This document shows positions 50,812-60,972 of a stretch of 64,000 bases of DNA, in pieces. How positions within the stretch are numbered: the stretch's first letter is position 1; each line of letters begins with the position of its first letter. The DNA lies in assembly GCA_963834165.1 (NCBI GenBank), contig CAWIAL010000019.1, positions 12,215 through 76,214 of the forward strand. The letters run 5' to 3'. Origin of the DNA: an uncultured Alphaproteobacteria bacterium. Its GTDB lineage: Bacteria > Pseudomonadota > Alphaproteobacteria > Rhizobiales > Rhodomicrobiaceae. Below the pieces are notes generated by a model. It ran no database searches and had not been told where the DNA came from. It worked only from the letters and a program-made list of their open reading frames with translations. Both the position numbers and the translations under genes were made by a program.

Positions 50812-51026
50812 GATTGTCTCTGTTTTGTTAGATGAGCGCGATTGTGCGGCGAACGGGCGCGCGAACCTTCGGCACTCTGGGGTGTCTCAAACCATCTCTA
50901 TAAGGGCAAGCGCGGCGAAAGACAATAAGTTGATGGTTGCCGTACCGTCTCCCATGGTGTGCCCGCCGCGGAATGCCGCACATCCAACCATCCAGGAAAC
51001 ATGCCCCAGCGTGGCAATGGAATGAG

Positions 51027-51050
51027 ATGGCCGGGCCAAAGCCCGGCCAT
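51027..51050. repeat. Palindromic hairpin element between prs and rplY
   Basis: atggccgggc-caaa-gcccggccat. With flanks it is 28/29 identical to the copy at 36115. Confidence 0.5.
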
Positions 51051-51082
51051 GAACGGTGTGATCACTTGTGGAGTGTGATGCG

Positions 51083-52015
51083 CTAATCGAAAAGGCTGGA
51101 TACCGATTCCTCGCCCGAGGTGCGTAAAATCGCTTCGCCGATCAATGCAGCAAGCGAGATCACTTCGATATTGCTCGCCACGCGAACCGCTTCCGTCGGG
51201 ACGATCGTGTCCGTAATGACGAGCGTCTCAATCTTCGACGCCATGATGCGCGCTACGGCACCGCCGGAAAAAACGCCGTGCGTGATGTAGGCGACGACCG
51301 ATTGCGCCCCTTTGTCGATGAGCGCCTGCGCGGCGTTGCAAAGCGTACCGCCGGAATCGATGATGTCGTCGATCAGAACGCAAGTGCGCCCCGAGACGCC
51401 GCCGATGACGTTCATGACCTCGGATTCACCCGGAGCCTCGCGGCGCTTATCGATGATAGCGAGAGGCGCATCGATGCGGCTTGCCAGGCTACGGGCGCGC
51501 ACCACGCCACCGACGTCCGGCGAAACCACGGTTATGTTGCCGTTCGTATAACGCTTGCGAATATCGCGCACCATGACCGGCGCTGCGTAGAGATTATCGG
51601 TCGGAATGTCGAAGAAGCCCTGGATCTGCCCGGCGTGGAGATCGACCGTCAGCACCCTGTCCGCGCCTGCGTGCGTAATCATGTTCGCGACGAGCTTCGC
51701 TGAAATGGGCGTACGCGGAAGCGTTTTACGGTCCTGGCGGGCGTAACCGAAGTAAGGGATCACCGCTGTGATGCGCCGTGCCGAAGCCCTCCGGAGCGCG
51801 TCGATGATAATGAGCAGCTCCATGAGGTTGTCGTTGGCCGGATAGGAGGTCGATTGAATGATGAAAATGTCCTCTCCCCGGACATTTTCTTGGATCTCGA
51901 CGAAAATCTCCATGTCCGCGAAGCGCCGAACGAGGCACTGCGTCAGCGGCGTTTTGAGATAGGCGGCGATGGCGTGAGCCAGGGGCCGATTGCTATTGCC
52001 AGCGACCAGCTTCAT
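51083..52015 (-). CDS. prs: Ribose-phosphate pyrophosphokinase
   Basis: [60 protein letters not shown].. Confidence 0.95.
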   Translation of the reverse strand: MKLVAGNSNRPLAHAIAAYLKTPLTQCLVRRFADMEIFVEIQENVRGEDIFIIQSTSYPANDNLMELLIIIDALRRASARRITAVIPYFGYARQDRKTLPRTPISAKLVANMITHAGADRVLTVDLHAGQIQGFFDIPTDNLYAAPVMVRDIRKRYTNGNITVVSPDVGGVVRARSLASRIDAPLAIIDKRREAPGESEVMNVIGGVSGRTCVLIDDIIDSGGTLCNAAQALIDKGAQSVVAYITHGVFSGGAVARIMASKIETLVITDTIVPTEAVRVASNIEVISLAALIGEAILRTSGEESVSSLFD

Positions 52016-52148
52016 GATACGGGACAGTCCATGGTGAAAGTGAGCTCACAGAAACAGCTACGAGCGCGCTTCTATCAGCGCGCCCGTTATCTGTAAACCT
52101 GCGAACGTGGAAAGGCCACACGCACGTTGAAGCAGGGTAGAAGCCTCG

Positions 52149-53255
52149 TTACCCGGCCGATCCTGTGGCCGCCTGTGCCTGACCGGAGCCCTTGTTAAGC
52201 AGCTTCGTGACTTCTGAAGCAGCCGCGCCAGCCGCTTGATCTGCGATCTCGCCCCATGCTCCATCCAGGGCTCCCGCGCCGATCTTGTTGTTCTGCACAA
52301 CGGTCTTTTCCAACTGCTTGCCGCTCGGATCGATGACCACCCAGCGAATGGTGATCGGCTGCTGACCGTTTGCAACGGCGCCCATCTCGACGTGACCCTG
52401 GATTTTATAGGTTCCAGGAGCCGCTGCCGAGGCAAGCTTGATGCCTTGGCGGCCAAGCGCCCGCTTCATAGCTTCCGCAAGAGAGGTCTTGCCATCCCCA
52501 GGCGCGCCGTTCACAGCAGGCACCACGGCGACCACCTCTCCTTGAGAGGCGGCGGCTGTCTGCACCGGCCGCGCTGCGGCTGAAGCGTCAACCGCGGAAG
52601 CAAGCGATGGCGCGTCGGCCTGAGTTTTCGCTGCTTTCGGCGCGGACAGAGCCGCAGTCTTCACGGGAGCCGGGGCAGCCGCAGTCTTCACTGGGGCCGC
52701 TGCCGGTTTGGCGCTCGCGACCGCCATTGTAGTAGCGGGTGCGTTCGGGTTCTCGATCCAGGCATTGACATCCGTCGCGGACTTCACCGCGACTTTCTGC
52801 ACGCTTTCGGGGGTCACGTGGTTCCAGGAATCGCCGCCCCGCTTGGGAGAGACAATCTCTTCGCCTACGATGCTGCGAACCTTGTTGCCTGCTTTGTCCG
52901 TAACGTCGATCGTATACGCGACTTTCGTGCCTTGTTTCGCCTCCGCCTGCGCAACATACGAAGGCTTGATGATGTAGAGGGCGTCCTTGGCGTCGACGAT
53001 CGCGACACCGTTGGCCTTGATCGATGCAGCAAGCTGCTCGTTTACCTTGCTGGCATACTTTTGCGGAACGCCCTGCGCAGGCGACAGGGCGACAGCGGGC
53101 TTGGCCTTTTAAGTCAAGCTTGCATTGGCAGAATCGCTATTATGAAAGAGATCACCGCTGCAGCCAGCGAGGCCGGCAAGCATAAGTACCCCAGTCAAGA
53201 GCGACGCAGCCCGGCAAGCTGCGCTCTGCGCGGCCGGTTTGTTCTCGCGCGTCAC
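52149..53255 (-). pseudogene. Lipoprotein gene interrupted by an in-frame TAA (53109-53111)
   Basis: GTG at 53255 with AAGGAG 7 nt upstream. Signal peptide plus lipobox LMLAGLAGCSG. TAA follows after 48 codons. The same frame then stays open for 319 more codons with no start codon until GTG 52817, and encodes two similar modules (..AYTIDVTDKAGNKV.. and ..ITIRWVVIDPSGKQ..). Confidence 0.55.
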
Positions 53256-53447
53256 TTTTCCACTCCTTGCTTTTTTGGCTATAGGACGGCGGTACTTGAC
53301 TATACCGGCACTTTTTATTCCGCCGAATCTGTTCAACGATGAAAATCTAGCCGCCGCGGTAATTGTCGTCTAGCTGGAGCAGCGTTACTCGGCCCCTGCA
53401 CAGCAAAAACTCGTTAATATCGGGCCGGCACGGCCCACTTATCCACA

Positions 53448-54269
53448 TCATCGGATCACGATGGCCGAAATTTGGCGACCATAATCGGGTTCCGCCCGGT
53501 GGCACGAACGGCGGTAACTGAAAAGAATCAATTCGTTTTCATAGGTACAAAGGGCAAGGTCCTGAATGTTTGCGATTCCCAGAAGCGTGAGCCTATCTTT
53601 GACGTATGCCGGCAGGTCGAAATGAGGATGGCCATCTCCTTGGGGTTGCGAAAAATACTTCTCATTATCAATGCAGCCAGCGACGAACGCGGCCTTGAAC
53701 TCCGGGCCGACCTCATAGGCCGCCTGTGAGATGGCGGGGCCGATGGCAGCCGCTATGCGAGATACATGCGCGCCAAGGCTTTCCATCGCTTCGATTGCAC
53801 CCTCGATCACACCCGCCTTCGCGCCCTTCCAGCCCGCATGCACGGCGGCGATGACGCCTGCGTTGGCGTCGGCCATGAGTAGCGGGGCGCAATCGGCAGT
53901 AAGGACGCTCATGGCAAGCCCCGGCGTTCTCGTCACAATTGCGTCGGCGTCCGGGGCTTCCGCGGCGATCCACGGAGAATCGGCGACGACAGCCCTCGGC
54001 GAGTGACTTTGGCGCGGACCGATAAGAACCGCAGAATCGATTCCCAAGGCCGAAGCGGCACGCGCGCGATTTTCTTCGACCCTATCGCGTGCATCGCCCG
54101 AACCCCTGCCGCAGTTCAGAGAGGCGAAAATGCCCTCCGAAACGCCCCCGGTGCGGAGAAAAAAGCCATGCGCAATTCTGGCCGCTTCGAGGCTGTGCGC
54201 TTTTACGAATGCCGGTGCGCGCCGGTTGTCAACGTCTGCGCCCCCATTCGGATTTATTCCGTGAGCCAT
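53448..54269 (-). CDS. pgeF: Peptidoglycan editing factor PgeF (YfiH/DUF152 family)
   Basis: ..GGVSEGIFASLNCG..VLTADCAPLL..AAVHAGWKG.. The track start at 54302 is TTG; the ATG is at 54269. Confidence 0.8.
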   Translation of the reverse strand: MAHGINPNGGADVDNRRAPAFVKAHSLEAARIAHGFFLRTGGVSEGIFASLNCGRGSGDARDRVEENRARAASALGIDSAVLIGPRQSHSPRAVVADSPWIAAEAPDADAIVTRTPGLAMSVLTADCAPLLMADANAGVIAAVHAGWKGAKAGVIEGAIEAMESLGAHVSRIAAAIGPAISQAAYEVGPEFKAAFVAGCIDNEKYFSQPQGDGHPHFDLPAYVKDRLTLLGIANIQDLALCTYENELILFSYRRSCHRAEPDYGRQISAIVIR

Positions 54270-54294
54270 GGCTCGCCCCCTTACCGCAAAACCG

Positions 54295-55410
54295 CTAGAC
54301 AAATGGGGGCGGCGGCATCGAGATGCTATTGGTCAAGGCAAGAACTTTGAAGAGCACGCCCATTTGGGCCGGATCGATAAGGCGCATGATCCGGCTTTTC
54401 AATTCGCCGGCTTCCTCCACGGAGGCGCGGGCGAGGAGCTGGCCGAGGCGCGCTTCGACGCCGAGGCGCAACAGCCATTCTCCCATCGGCATGGGGCCGA
54501 AGGCTTTGAATTTCTCTTCAGCGGCTACCCGCTTCAGGTGCGCGAAGTCCACATGCGCCGTGAGGTCGCTTTCCCCCGGATCGTCGAAAACGCCGGTAAA
54601 GCGATGCGCCTTGACGGCCTGAACCGTGTCGCCCAGCGAGGGCCGCGTGTACCCGTAATCGATAATGAGCGCGGCGCTGGGCGCATGTGCGGCGAACGCT
54701 TTGAGCACGCCGCGTGCCGCCGGCCGTTGCTCGAGAATTGCGCCGTCCTCGACGTGGTCCCATTCGCCAGCGTCAAGATCATCGGCTAACTCTGCCGTGG
54801 ACTTAAGCGCAAACTTGAAAGTTCCGCCCTCAAACGCAACCATGCGCTCGCGCCATTCCTTCGATGCGGCGTCGAACACGAACTGCCGGACCGGCAAGCA
54901 GTCGAAGAACTCATTCGCGATCAGGATGGCAGGGCCATCCGGCACCTGTCCGATGTCATCGTGCCACGAGACAGGAACCGGCACCGAGGCGAGCGCCGCC
55001 ATCTGGGCGTTGCGCAAAGGCTCCGAGGTTTCGATGAGATGAACCGTAACGCGTTCCAAAAAACCGGGGAGCACGCGCAGCGCGCGAAGCGCATCCGCCA
55101 TCAGCGTGCCGCGGCCGGGCCCAAGCTCGACCAGACGAACAGTGGCGGGCTCGCCTATCTGGCGCCAGACCTCACCGGCCCATAATCCGATAAGCTCGCC
55201 GAAAACCTGCGAAATTTCCGGCGCGGTGATGAAATCGCCGCTGCGCCCCAGCGGATCTTTCTTCCGGTAGTAGCCGTGCTCCGGATCGGTGAGGCATGTT
55301 TCCATATAGTCGTGGACGGAGATTGCGCCGCCGCCCGCGATGCGCGCAGCCAGCTTTACGGCCAAGGGCGTGATGTGTCGATCGGGGGGCTGGGAAGGCG
55401 GCGGCGTCAT
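54295..55410 (-). CDS. Class I SAM-dependent methyltransferase (DUF185 / NDUFAF7-MidA family)
   Basis: ..HGYYRKKDPLGRSGDFITAPEISQVFGELIG..LVELGPGRGTLM.D.. Confidence 0.8.
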   Translation of the reverse strand: MTPPPSQPPDRHITPLAVKLAARIAGGGAISVHDYMETCLTDPEHGYYRKKDPLGRSGDFITAPEISQVFGELIGLWAGEVWRQIGEPATVRLVELGPGRGTLMADALRALRVLPGFLERVTVHLIETSEPLRNAQMAALASVPVPVSWHDDIGQVPDGPAILIANEFFDCLPVRQFVFDAASKEWRERMVAFEGGTFKFALKSTAELADDLDAGEWDHVEDGAILEQRPAARGVLKAFAAHAPSAALIIDYGYTRPSLGDTVQAVKAHRFTGVFDDPGESDLTAHVDFAHLKRVAAEEKFKAFGPMPMGEWLLRLGVEARLGQLLARASVEEAGELKSRIMRLIDPAQMGVLFKVLALTNSISMPPPPFV

Positions 55411-55664
55411 GAAACGATCCTACGCCAAGGCCAGGGCGGCAAACAGCTTTTGTTGAGCAAAGGGAGGACTACGGTCGGTCGGCTTCTCCCTAGCCGGTGC
55501 AAGCCCAGCCATACACGTGCAGCGCGACATTATGCGCCCGGTACAACTGAAACACCGTTCGCAAGGGCGCTCGCCCTGTGACAAGGGTAGTGACTTATTG
55601 CCGAATCAGAGAAACAGAAACAAAAAATTTTTGAAGAAGACGCCGAAACTCCAAAGGAGCCAGC

Positions 55665-56909
55665 GTGAAAGATAAACGCACATTTGGAACGATTAATGGT
55701 CTTCGAGGTGTCGCCGCGCTTGTCATCGTTGCATACCACTCGTCGTTATATGATGCACTAAATCTAAAAAATGGATTTCTTGCCGTAGACTTCTTCTTCG
55801 TTCTAAGCGGGTTTATAATCGCTTATTCGTACGACGAACGGTTGAGGAAAGGGGGATTCATAACAGAGTTTTTTCTCATCCGTCTTGTCCGGCTATATCC
55901 ACTCTATCTTCTCGGTACACTTATTCCGCTGCTCCCAATATCCTTATTGGCGATTCTAAAGGGCACCGTTATTGAATCGAGTTTTGCTAATTTACGTGCA
56001 GTGCCGTTTGCGTTTCTGATGTTGCCGGCGCCACCAACTATTGGATGGCAGCAGGGGCTTTTCCCTCTCAACGGTCCGGCTTGGTCCTTATTTCTTGTCT
56101 TAGTTATGAACATGCTGTTCGCCCTGACTGTCCGTCTTTGGACCGAGCTTAGAATATTGTTCATTCTAATATGTGCCGCTTCAATTTTGGTTCTGGAACA
56201 CAGGTTCGGCGAAATCAGTGGCGGGTGGAATTGGGTGAGCGTGCATATGGGGATACTGCGGGTTTTATATTCATTTCCTGCGGGAGTCCTGATTTACAAG
56301 CTATATCAGAAAAGGACACCCCTCCCGTCCATTCCAAGTCCTCTTATCGTTGCTTTGTTTATCGCTTTTGTATCGGTACCATTCGATTGCATTGTCCCGT
56401 TCGCCCGCCTCATAGGTCTTCCAATTCTGGTCGCCTTGGCGGCACGAAGCGAACCTTCGATTACACTTGCCCCCACTTATGCGACGATCGGAACTGTGTC
56501 GTATGCAATTTATGCTATTCACTTGCCATTGCGTACAATTCTAGCGGCTGTTTGCCACAAATTCGCATTGCCCCAGGGGCTGCCAACCGACGTAGTTTTT
56601 ATCGTCCTGATGGCTCCGGCCTGTCTCTTGATCCACAACCTTTACGATATTCCAGTGCGAAAATACTTGGGTCGTAAACTTCTTCGCCGCCCAGAAGCCG
56701 GCGCCCTGAACGCTGTAGTGCGACTTAAGTCACTCCACTACCCCGGCATGGACCCTTCTGCACGATATCGCCGCGAGGCGGGGCAAGTGACCAGTCTAAG
56801 GCTTCGGCGGCCGGATGGAAAGCTGCTGAAAGCCCTTGCCGAGCATGACGGGTTTCCGGCTGGAGACGAGCCGGTTGTTCACGCCCACCCAGCCGATTTC
56901 GCCCGATAG
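55665..56909 (+). CDS. Acyltransferase-3 family membrane protein (OafA-like)
   Basis: GTG start with AAAGGAG upstream. INGLRGVAALVIVAYHS..VDFFFVLSGF.. About 10 hydrophobic helices. GC counted 37% in 55741-55800. The last ~75 codons overlap the convergent CoA-binding gene. Confidence 0.75.
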   Translation: MKDKRTFGTINGLRGVAALVIVAYHSSLYDALNLKNGFLAVDFFFVLSGFIIAYSYDERLRKGGFITEFFLIRLVRLYPLYLLGTLIPLLPISLLAILKGTVIESSFANLRAVPFAFLMLPAPPTIGWQQGLFPLNGPAWSLFLVLVMNMLFALTVRLWTELRILFILICAASILVLEHRFGEISGGWNWVSVHMGILRVLYSFPAGVLIYKLYQKRTPLPSIPSPLIVALFIAFVSVPFDCIVPFARLIGLPILVALAARSEPSITLAPTYATIGTVSYAIYAIHLPLRTILAAVCHKFALPQGLPTDVVFIVLMAPACLLIHNLYDIPVRKYLGRKLLRRPEAGALNAVVRLKSLHYPGMDPSARYRREAGQVTSLRLRRPDGKLLKALAEHDGFPAGDEPVVHAHPADFAR

Positions 56910-57332
56910 CCGTCCATACTCGATCTTGGGGCAGCGGTTCATGACGACCGTCAACCCCGCCTCCCCGGCTAGACGCGCGGCCTCATCGTTGCGGACGCCA
57001 AGCTGCATCCAGATCGCCTTGATGCCTAGCCTGTCCTTCAGCGCAATGGCCTCTCGTACAATCCCCAGCGCCGCCTCCGAGTTGCGGAAAATTTCGACCA
57101 CGTCGACAGGTTCTTCGAGATCGGCAAGGCGGGCAAACACCTTTTGCCCAAGGATTTCGCCTCCGGCTTGTCCTGGATTGATCGGGAAAACCCGATATCC
57201 CTTCGCGAGGAGGTATTTGAGCACGAAATAGCTCGGGCGCACCGTGTTCGCGCTCGCGCCCACCATGGCGAAGCTTTTGGACTCGTGCAAAATTCCGGCG
57301 ATGGTGCTGTCGGGATAGCTGTCGTGGTTCAT
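56796..57332 (-). CDS. CoA-binding domain protein (YccU-like)
   Basis: ..SKSFAMVGASANTVRPSYFV.KYLL.KGYRVFPINP..VD.V.IFR..A.. Confidence 0.8.
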   Translation of the reverse strand: MNHDSYPDSTIAGILHESKSFAMVGASANTVRPSYFVLKYLLAKGYRVFPINPGQAGGEILGQKVFARLADLEEPVDVVEIFRNSEAALGIVREAIALKDRLGIKAIWMQLGVRNDEAARLAGEAGLTVVMNRCPKIEYGRLSGEIGWVGVNNRLVSSRKPVMLGKGFQQLSIRPPKP

Positions 57333-57460
57333 GATGGTCCCTCGCTGCAAGCGCGATATAGCGGAAAACGCGGCGTTGCGCATCCTCCCCGGCGACATCA
57401 CATGGAAACCACTCGCGGATTTGGAAGTTTACATCGCGCAAACGCCAAGGGAGAGCCGTT

Positions 57461-57889
57461 ATGAGCCAGGACTTGCAGTATCAGATCCGGATTTACCTGA
57501 ATGATGAGTTTGCGAAAATTGCCCGGCAAGATCCCGGCAGTCCTGCGTTGAAGCCGCTCACGGATGTCCTCGCGAAGCATCGGACGGCGATGAAATCGGC
57601 GTATGACGCCTTTGCGGAGTATGTCGTCGAAGCTGAAAGGCATGGGACCGATCTATTCCCACTCTATAGGTGGACGAAGGCGACGATCGAGGACCCCGCC
57701 AAGAAGGAAAAGCACACCAAAGTCTTCACGCTGTATGCCGGCGGCGAAGAGGTCTATGCGAAAGAAATCGCGGACGCGCTCGAAGCCGATTTGCAGCCTC
57801 TCATCGGCGGCGAAATCGTCTCCCGCCTCTCGAAGCACGACACGAACCCCGCTAACAACCCGCAAATGCCCGAGCGCTTTCGCTCATAG
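57461..57889 (+). CDS. Hypothetical protein (142 aa)
   Basis: ATG preceded by GGGAGA. Codon usage is typical of the window. No motif recognised. Confidence 0.5.
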   Translation: MSQDLQYQIRIYLNDEFAKIARQDPGSPALKPLTDVLAKHRTAMKSAYDAFAEYVVEAERHGTDLFPLYRWTKATIEDPAKKEKHTKVFTLYAGGEEVYAKEIADALEADLQPLIGGEIVSRLSKHDTNPANNPQMPERFRS

Positions 57890-58406
57890 GTCCGCGAAGG
57901 CTATCAACTCATCGGGCTTTTATCTCACCGGCGACCTTGGAACGAGGCCGGAGCTTTGCAGCACTCGCCGACTCTGATCAAGGCCGCCAAAGCCTTCTGC
58001 GGTGTCTAGCGTTCCTCACCGATCGGGCTTGCGAATTGTCTCCGCCTCCGATACTGCGAGCGATCCCGCCCTGCCCCCTGGTTGCGGGGTTAGCCGGAAG
58101 CAAATCAAAGCCAATCTCATTATTATTTTCGAAACGCGCCATTAAAATTTATTTATTGCTGAGGCGGAAAGCCTCCGTGGGTCAATAGAACGGCTGTATT
58201 TTTGCAAATCTAACAGTGAGAATGAAGCCCTATACGACCAAGTTACCGCTTCCAAGCGACTCTGATCTCGAAAAGTAACGTATATGACTTCAGCGCATGG
58301 CTGATACTCGCCACGTTTTATTGATGTGTGTGGTGCACCATAATATGCTGCAATGCAACATGAGAAGGGTTCGAGACTCGCTTTAGAGTCCGGGTCGTTC
58401 GATCAG

Positions 58407-58814
58407 ATGTCGAAAGGAACCATCATGAGCCGCTTGGCTATCGCTATCGCTGCCACAGCCCTCTTACCCTTTGCCGCCTCTGGTGAGGAGAAAACGCTCC
58501 ATTCTGAGTACAGCGCTTCGGTTTCGACCTACAAGCCGTTGCAAGGTTTCAGCCATGTGGTCGGTGAAAGGCATTTTGTCGGTTATTATATAGTGTCCAG
58601 TAACGGCTGCGCGGTGACCGTTATCAACGCAACCGCGGGTGACGAGCGCCTTCTGGAGACCCCGCGCCGGCAGAAGTTCGACCTTCCGGCTGGCGGCCGC
58701 ACTGAAATCAAGGCTGACCACGGCAAAGCGCTTGCGGTAGCTTGCAACGCAGACGGCGCAGCAATCACCGTCGCCGCTCTCGAACCGGGCGTCGGGCCGT
58801 CTGCCAGCTGGTAA
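58407..58814 (+). CDS. Secreted hypothetical protein
   Basis: Signal peptide MSRLAIAIAATALLPFAASG (ATG at 58407 or 58425). Preceded by a ~450-bp AT-rich gap. Confidence 0.45.
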   Translation: MSKGTIMSRLAIAIAATALLPFAASGEEKTLHSEYSASVSTYKPLQGFSHVVGERHFVGYYIVSSNGCAVTVINATAGDERLLETPRRQKFDLPAGGRTEIKADHGKALAVACNADGAAITVAALEPGVGPSASW

Positions 58815-58951
58815 GTTTGGCGGCCCCTTTTCCGCCGAAGCCTGGGCGATTGCCCATCAATCCGTGCTACCTCCAGCACTCGCTTTGGCCCATGAAGCTC
58901 ATGGGCCAAAGCTTTGGTTCACGTACCGCAGCACCAAGTTGCGCAGCTCGC

Positions 58952-59770
58952 CTAAGACCCCGACCATTGCGGCTTGCGTTTTTCGAGGAAGGCCCCAATG
59001 CCTTCTTCCGCGTCGCGCGCGAGCATGTTCTCGACCATGACATTGGCCGTGTAATCGTAAGCCTCTGCGAGCGGCATCTCGGCTTGGCGGAAGAAAGCCT
59101 TCTTGCCGATTTCGAGCGTGAGCGGGGACTTGCTAGCAATCTTCTCCCCAACCTCGATGGCCGCGTCCAGCACCGCAGCATCGGGCACGATCCAGTTCAC
59201 GAGGCCGAGTTCTTTCGCCTTCGCCGCCGGGGCCATCTCGCCCAGCAACAGCATTTCCATCGCCGCCTTCCGCGAAACATTGCGGGAGAGAGCGACCATC
59301 GGCGTCGAGCAGAACAGGCCGATATTCACGCCGGGCGTGGCGAACTGTGCGCTTTCTCCCGCCACCGCCAGATCGCAGCTTGCCACAAGTTGGCAGCCTG
59401 CGGCCGTTGCGATCCCGTTAACAGCCGCGATCACAGGCTTGGAGCAGGCGACGATGGCTTGCATGAGCGCCGCACAGCCGCGCATGGTGCGCTCGAAAAA
59501 CGCGCGGCCGCGATCCGCGTCCTGCCGCCTCGCCGTCATTTCCTTGAGATCATGCCCCGCGCAGAAGGCCGGAGGAGCGCCCGTGATGACGATGGCCGCC
59601 ACCTCCCGCGCCGCGCCCTGCTGCTCGATGGCGCCATGCAGCGCCGCAATCAGGTCGAGCGAGAGACTGTTCCGCGCCGAGGGCCGGTTCAACGTTATAA
59701 TCGCAACCGCGCCGCGCTGCTTCTGCTTCAGGTGCGCGGGGTGGGCTTCTTGAGGCTTGAAGGTGTCCAT
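58952..59770 (-). CDS. Enoyl-CoA hydratase/isomerase (crotonase) family protein
   Basis: ..GAVAIITLNRPSARNSLS..VITGAPPAFCAGHDLKEM..IAAVNG.A.AAGCQL.. Confidence 0.85.
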   Translation of the reverse strand: MDTFKPQEAHPAHLKQKQRGAVAIITLNRPSARNSLSLDLIAALHGAIEQQGAAREVAAIVITGAPPAFCAGHDLKEMTARRQDADRGRAFFERTMRGCAALMQAIVACSKPVIAAVNGIATAAGCQLVASCDLAVAGESAQFATPGVNIGLFCSTPMVALSRNVSRKAAMEMLLLGEMAPAAKAKELGLVNWIVPDAAVLDAAIEVGEKIASKSPLTLEIGKKAFFRQAEMPLAEAYDYTANVMVENMLARDAEEGIGAFLEKRKPQWSGS

Positions 59771-59797
59771 GCCGGTCTCCCTTCAGCGGAGAATACC

Positions 59798-60376
59798 TCA
59801 ATCGAGCCCCAGTTTCACCGCAGCTTCGATGTCGGGCTTCATTTGCTGCACCACGGCCACATTTTGCTGCGGTGGCTCTTTCGCGAGCTGATCGGCGAGG
59901 TCGTCCAAATTCTGCTTGAGCCGTTCCTTTTGGTTTTCGTTGATGAGCCCAAATTTCTCCAGCTCCTTGACGGCCCTCTCTTTGTTCTTATCGAGCGTCG
60001 CCCGGGCAACGCCCTGGGCCGGGCCGGCCGTCACGAAAACATAGGCCTGTCCGATTGCCTTTCCTGTGTCGGACCATTCCTTGAGGTCAGCAAAGCCATG
60101 ATTGACAGCAATGGTTTTCGCTTGCGTTTGCAGCTTGCTCGACTTGATGGCCTTGACCACGGCGCCGACGGGGTTTTTCGCCGCTTCCGTGTCCGTGCCT
60201 GCCCGCAAGCCCTCGCCCACCGCAATGGTCCGCATTTGAGAGAAGGAGGCGAGAAACCGCGAGACGTTGTCTTGCGTCAGGGCAACGTCCTTCGCCGAGG
60301 CCGAACCGATGGTGGCGAAGACAGCAGCCACAAAACCGCATAGAAGTGCGCAAACGAGTTTCCGGAAATCGCCCAT
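59798..60376 (-). CDS. Secreted hypothetical protein
   Basis: MGDFRKLVCALLCGFVAAVFATIGSASA signal peptide. No motif recognised. Confidence 0.45.
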   Translation of the reverse strand: MGDFRKLVCALLCGFVAAVFATIGSASAKDVALTQDNVSRFLASFSQMRTIAVGEGLRAGTDTEAAKNPVGAVVKAIKSSKLQTQAKTIAVNHGFADLKEWSDTGKAIGQAYVFVTAGPAQGVARATLDKNKERAVKELEKFGLINENQKERLKQNLDDLADQLAKEPPQQNVAVVQQMKPDIEAAVKLGLD

Positions 60377-60473
60377 GCTTGACATCTCCTCCTTCATGGA
60401 TCCCAAGACTGGCCGGCCAGTTTTGGCCGAAGCCTGTCTTCGCGCCCAATCTTGGTGAAATAACGGAGACCGA

Positions 60474-60923
60474 ATGTTGAACGATCAGGATGCCCCGAAG
60501 CTTGCCGCGCCAAAACTGTCCGCGGAGGAGGTCAATTTGTTCCTGGCGCAAGTGTTTCCCCAGATCGCCATCGGCAGCGCCTACAAGGTCGAGGAAACCC
60601 GCCATGGATTTGCGCGCGTGCGGATGGTCTACGGCGACCATTTGCTGAGGCCGGGCGGCACGATATCCGGCCCAGCCATGTTTTCGCTCGCCGATGTCGC
60701 GATGTATGCGGCCGTTCTCGCGTCGATCGGTCCGGTAGCCCATGCCGTGACGACCAATCTCACCATCAATTTTCTGAGGAAGCCGGATCAGCGCGACATG
60801 ATCGGCGAGGCGAGGCTTTTGAAGCTCGGCAAAAGACTGGCGGTCGGGGAAATCGCGCTCTGCTCCGAAGGCGAGACGGAGCTTGCCGCGCACGCGACCT
60901 CGACCTATTCGCTGCCGGGGTGA
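60474..60923 (+). CDS. PaaI-family (hotdog-fold) thioesterase
   Basis: ..RPGGTISGPAMFSLADVAMYAAVL..TTNLTINFLR..GKRLAVGE.. Confidence 0.75.
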   Translation: MLNDQDAPKLAAPKLSAEEVNLFLAQVFPQIAIGSAYKVEETRHGFARVRMVYGDHLLRPGGTISGPAMFSLADVAMYAAVLASIGPVAHAVTTNLTINFLRKPDQRDMIGEARLLKLGKRLAVGEIALCSEGETELAAHATSTYSLPG

Positions 60924-60972
60924 TGCGGAGCCGCGCCCGTCTAAATTCAACCCGATCCGGCGCCGTCCGGCG

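Noticed and set aside
57890-58406. The ~500-bp AT-rich non-coding gap with a short hairpin (gaggc-ggaaa-gcctc at about 58161-58177) as a possible sRNA or mobile-element scar.
   Set aside because: I could see no repeats, no conserved motif and no convincing terminator. It is most simply a promoter or leader region for the downstream secreted-protein gene. It is worth an Rfam scan, but nothing supports a specific call.
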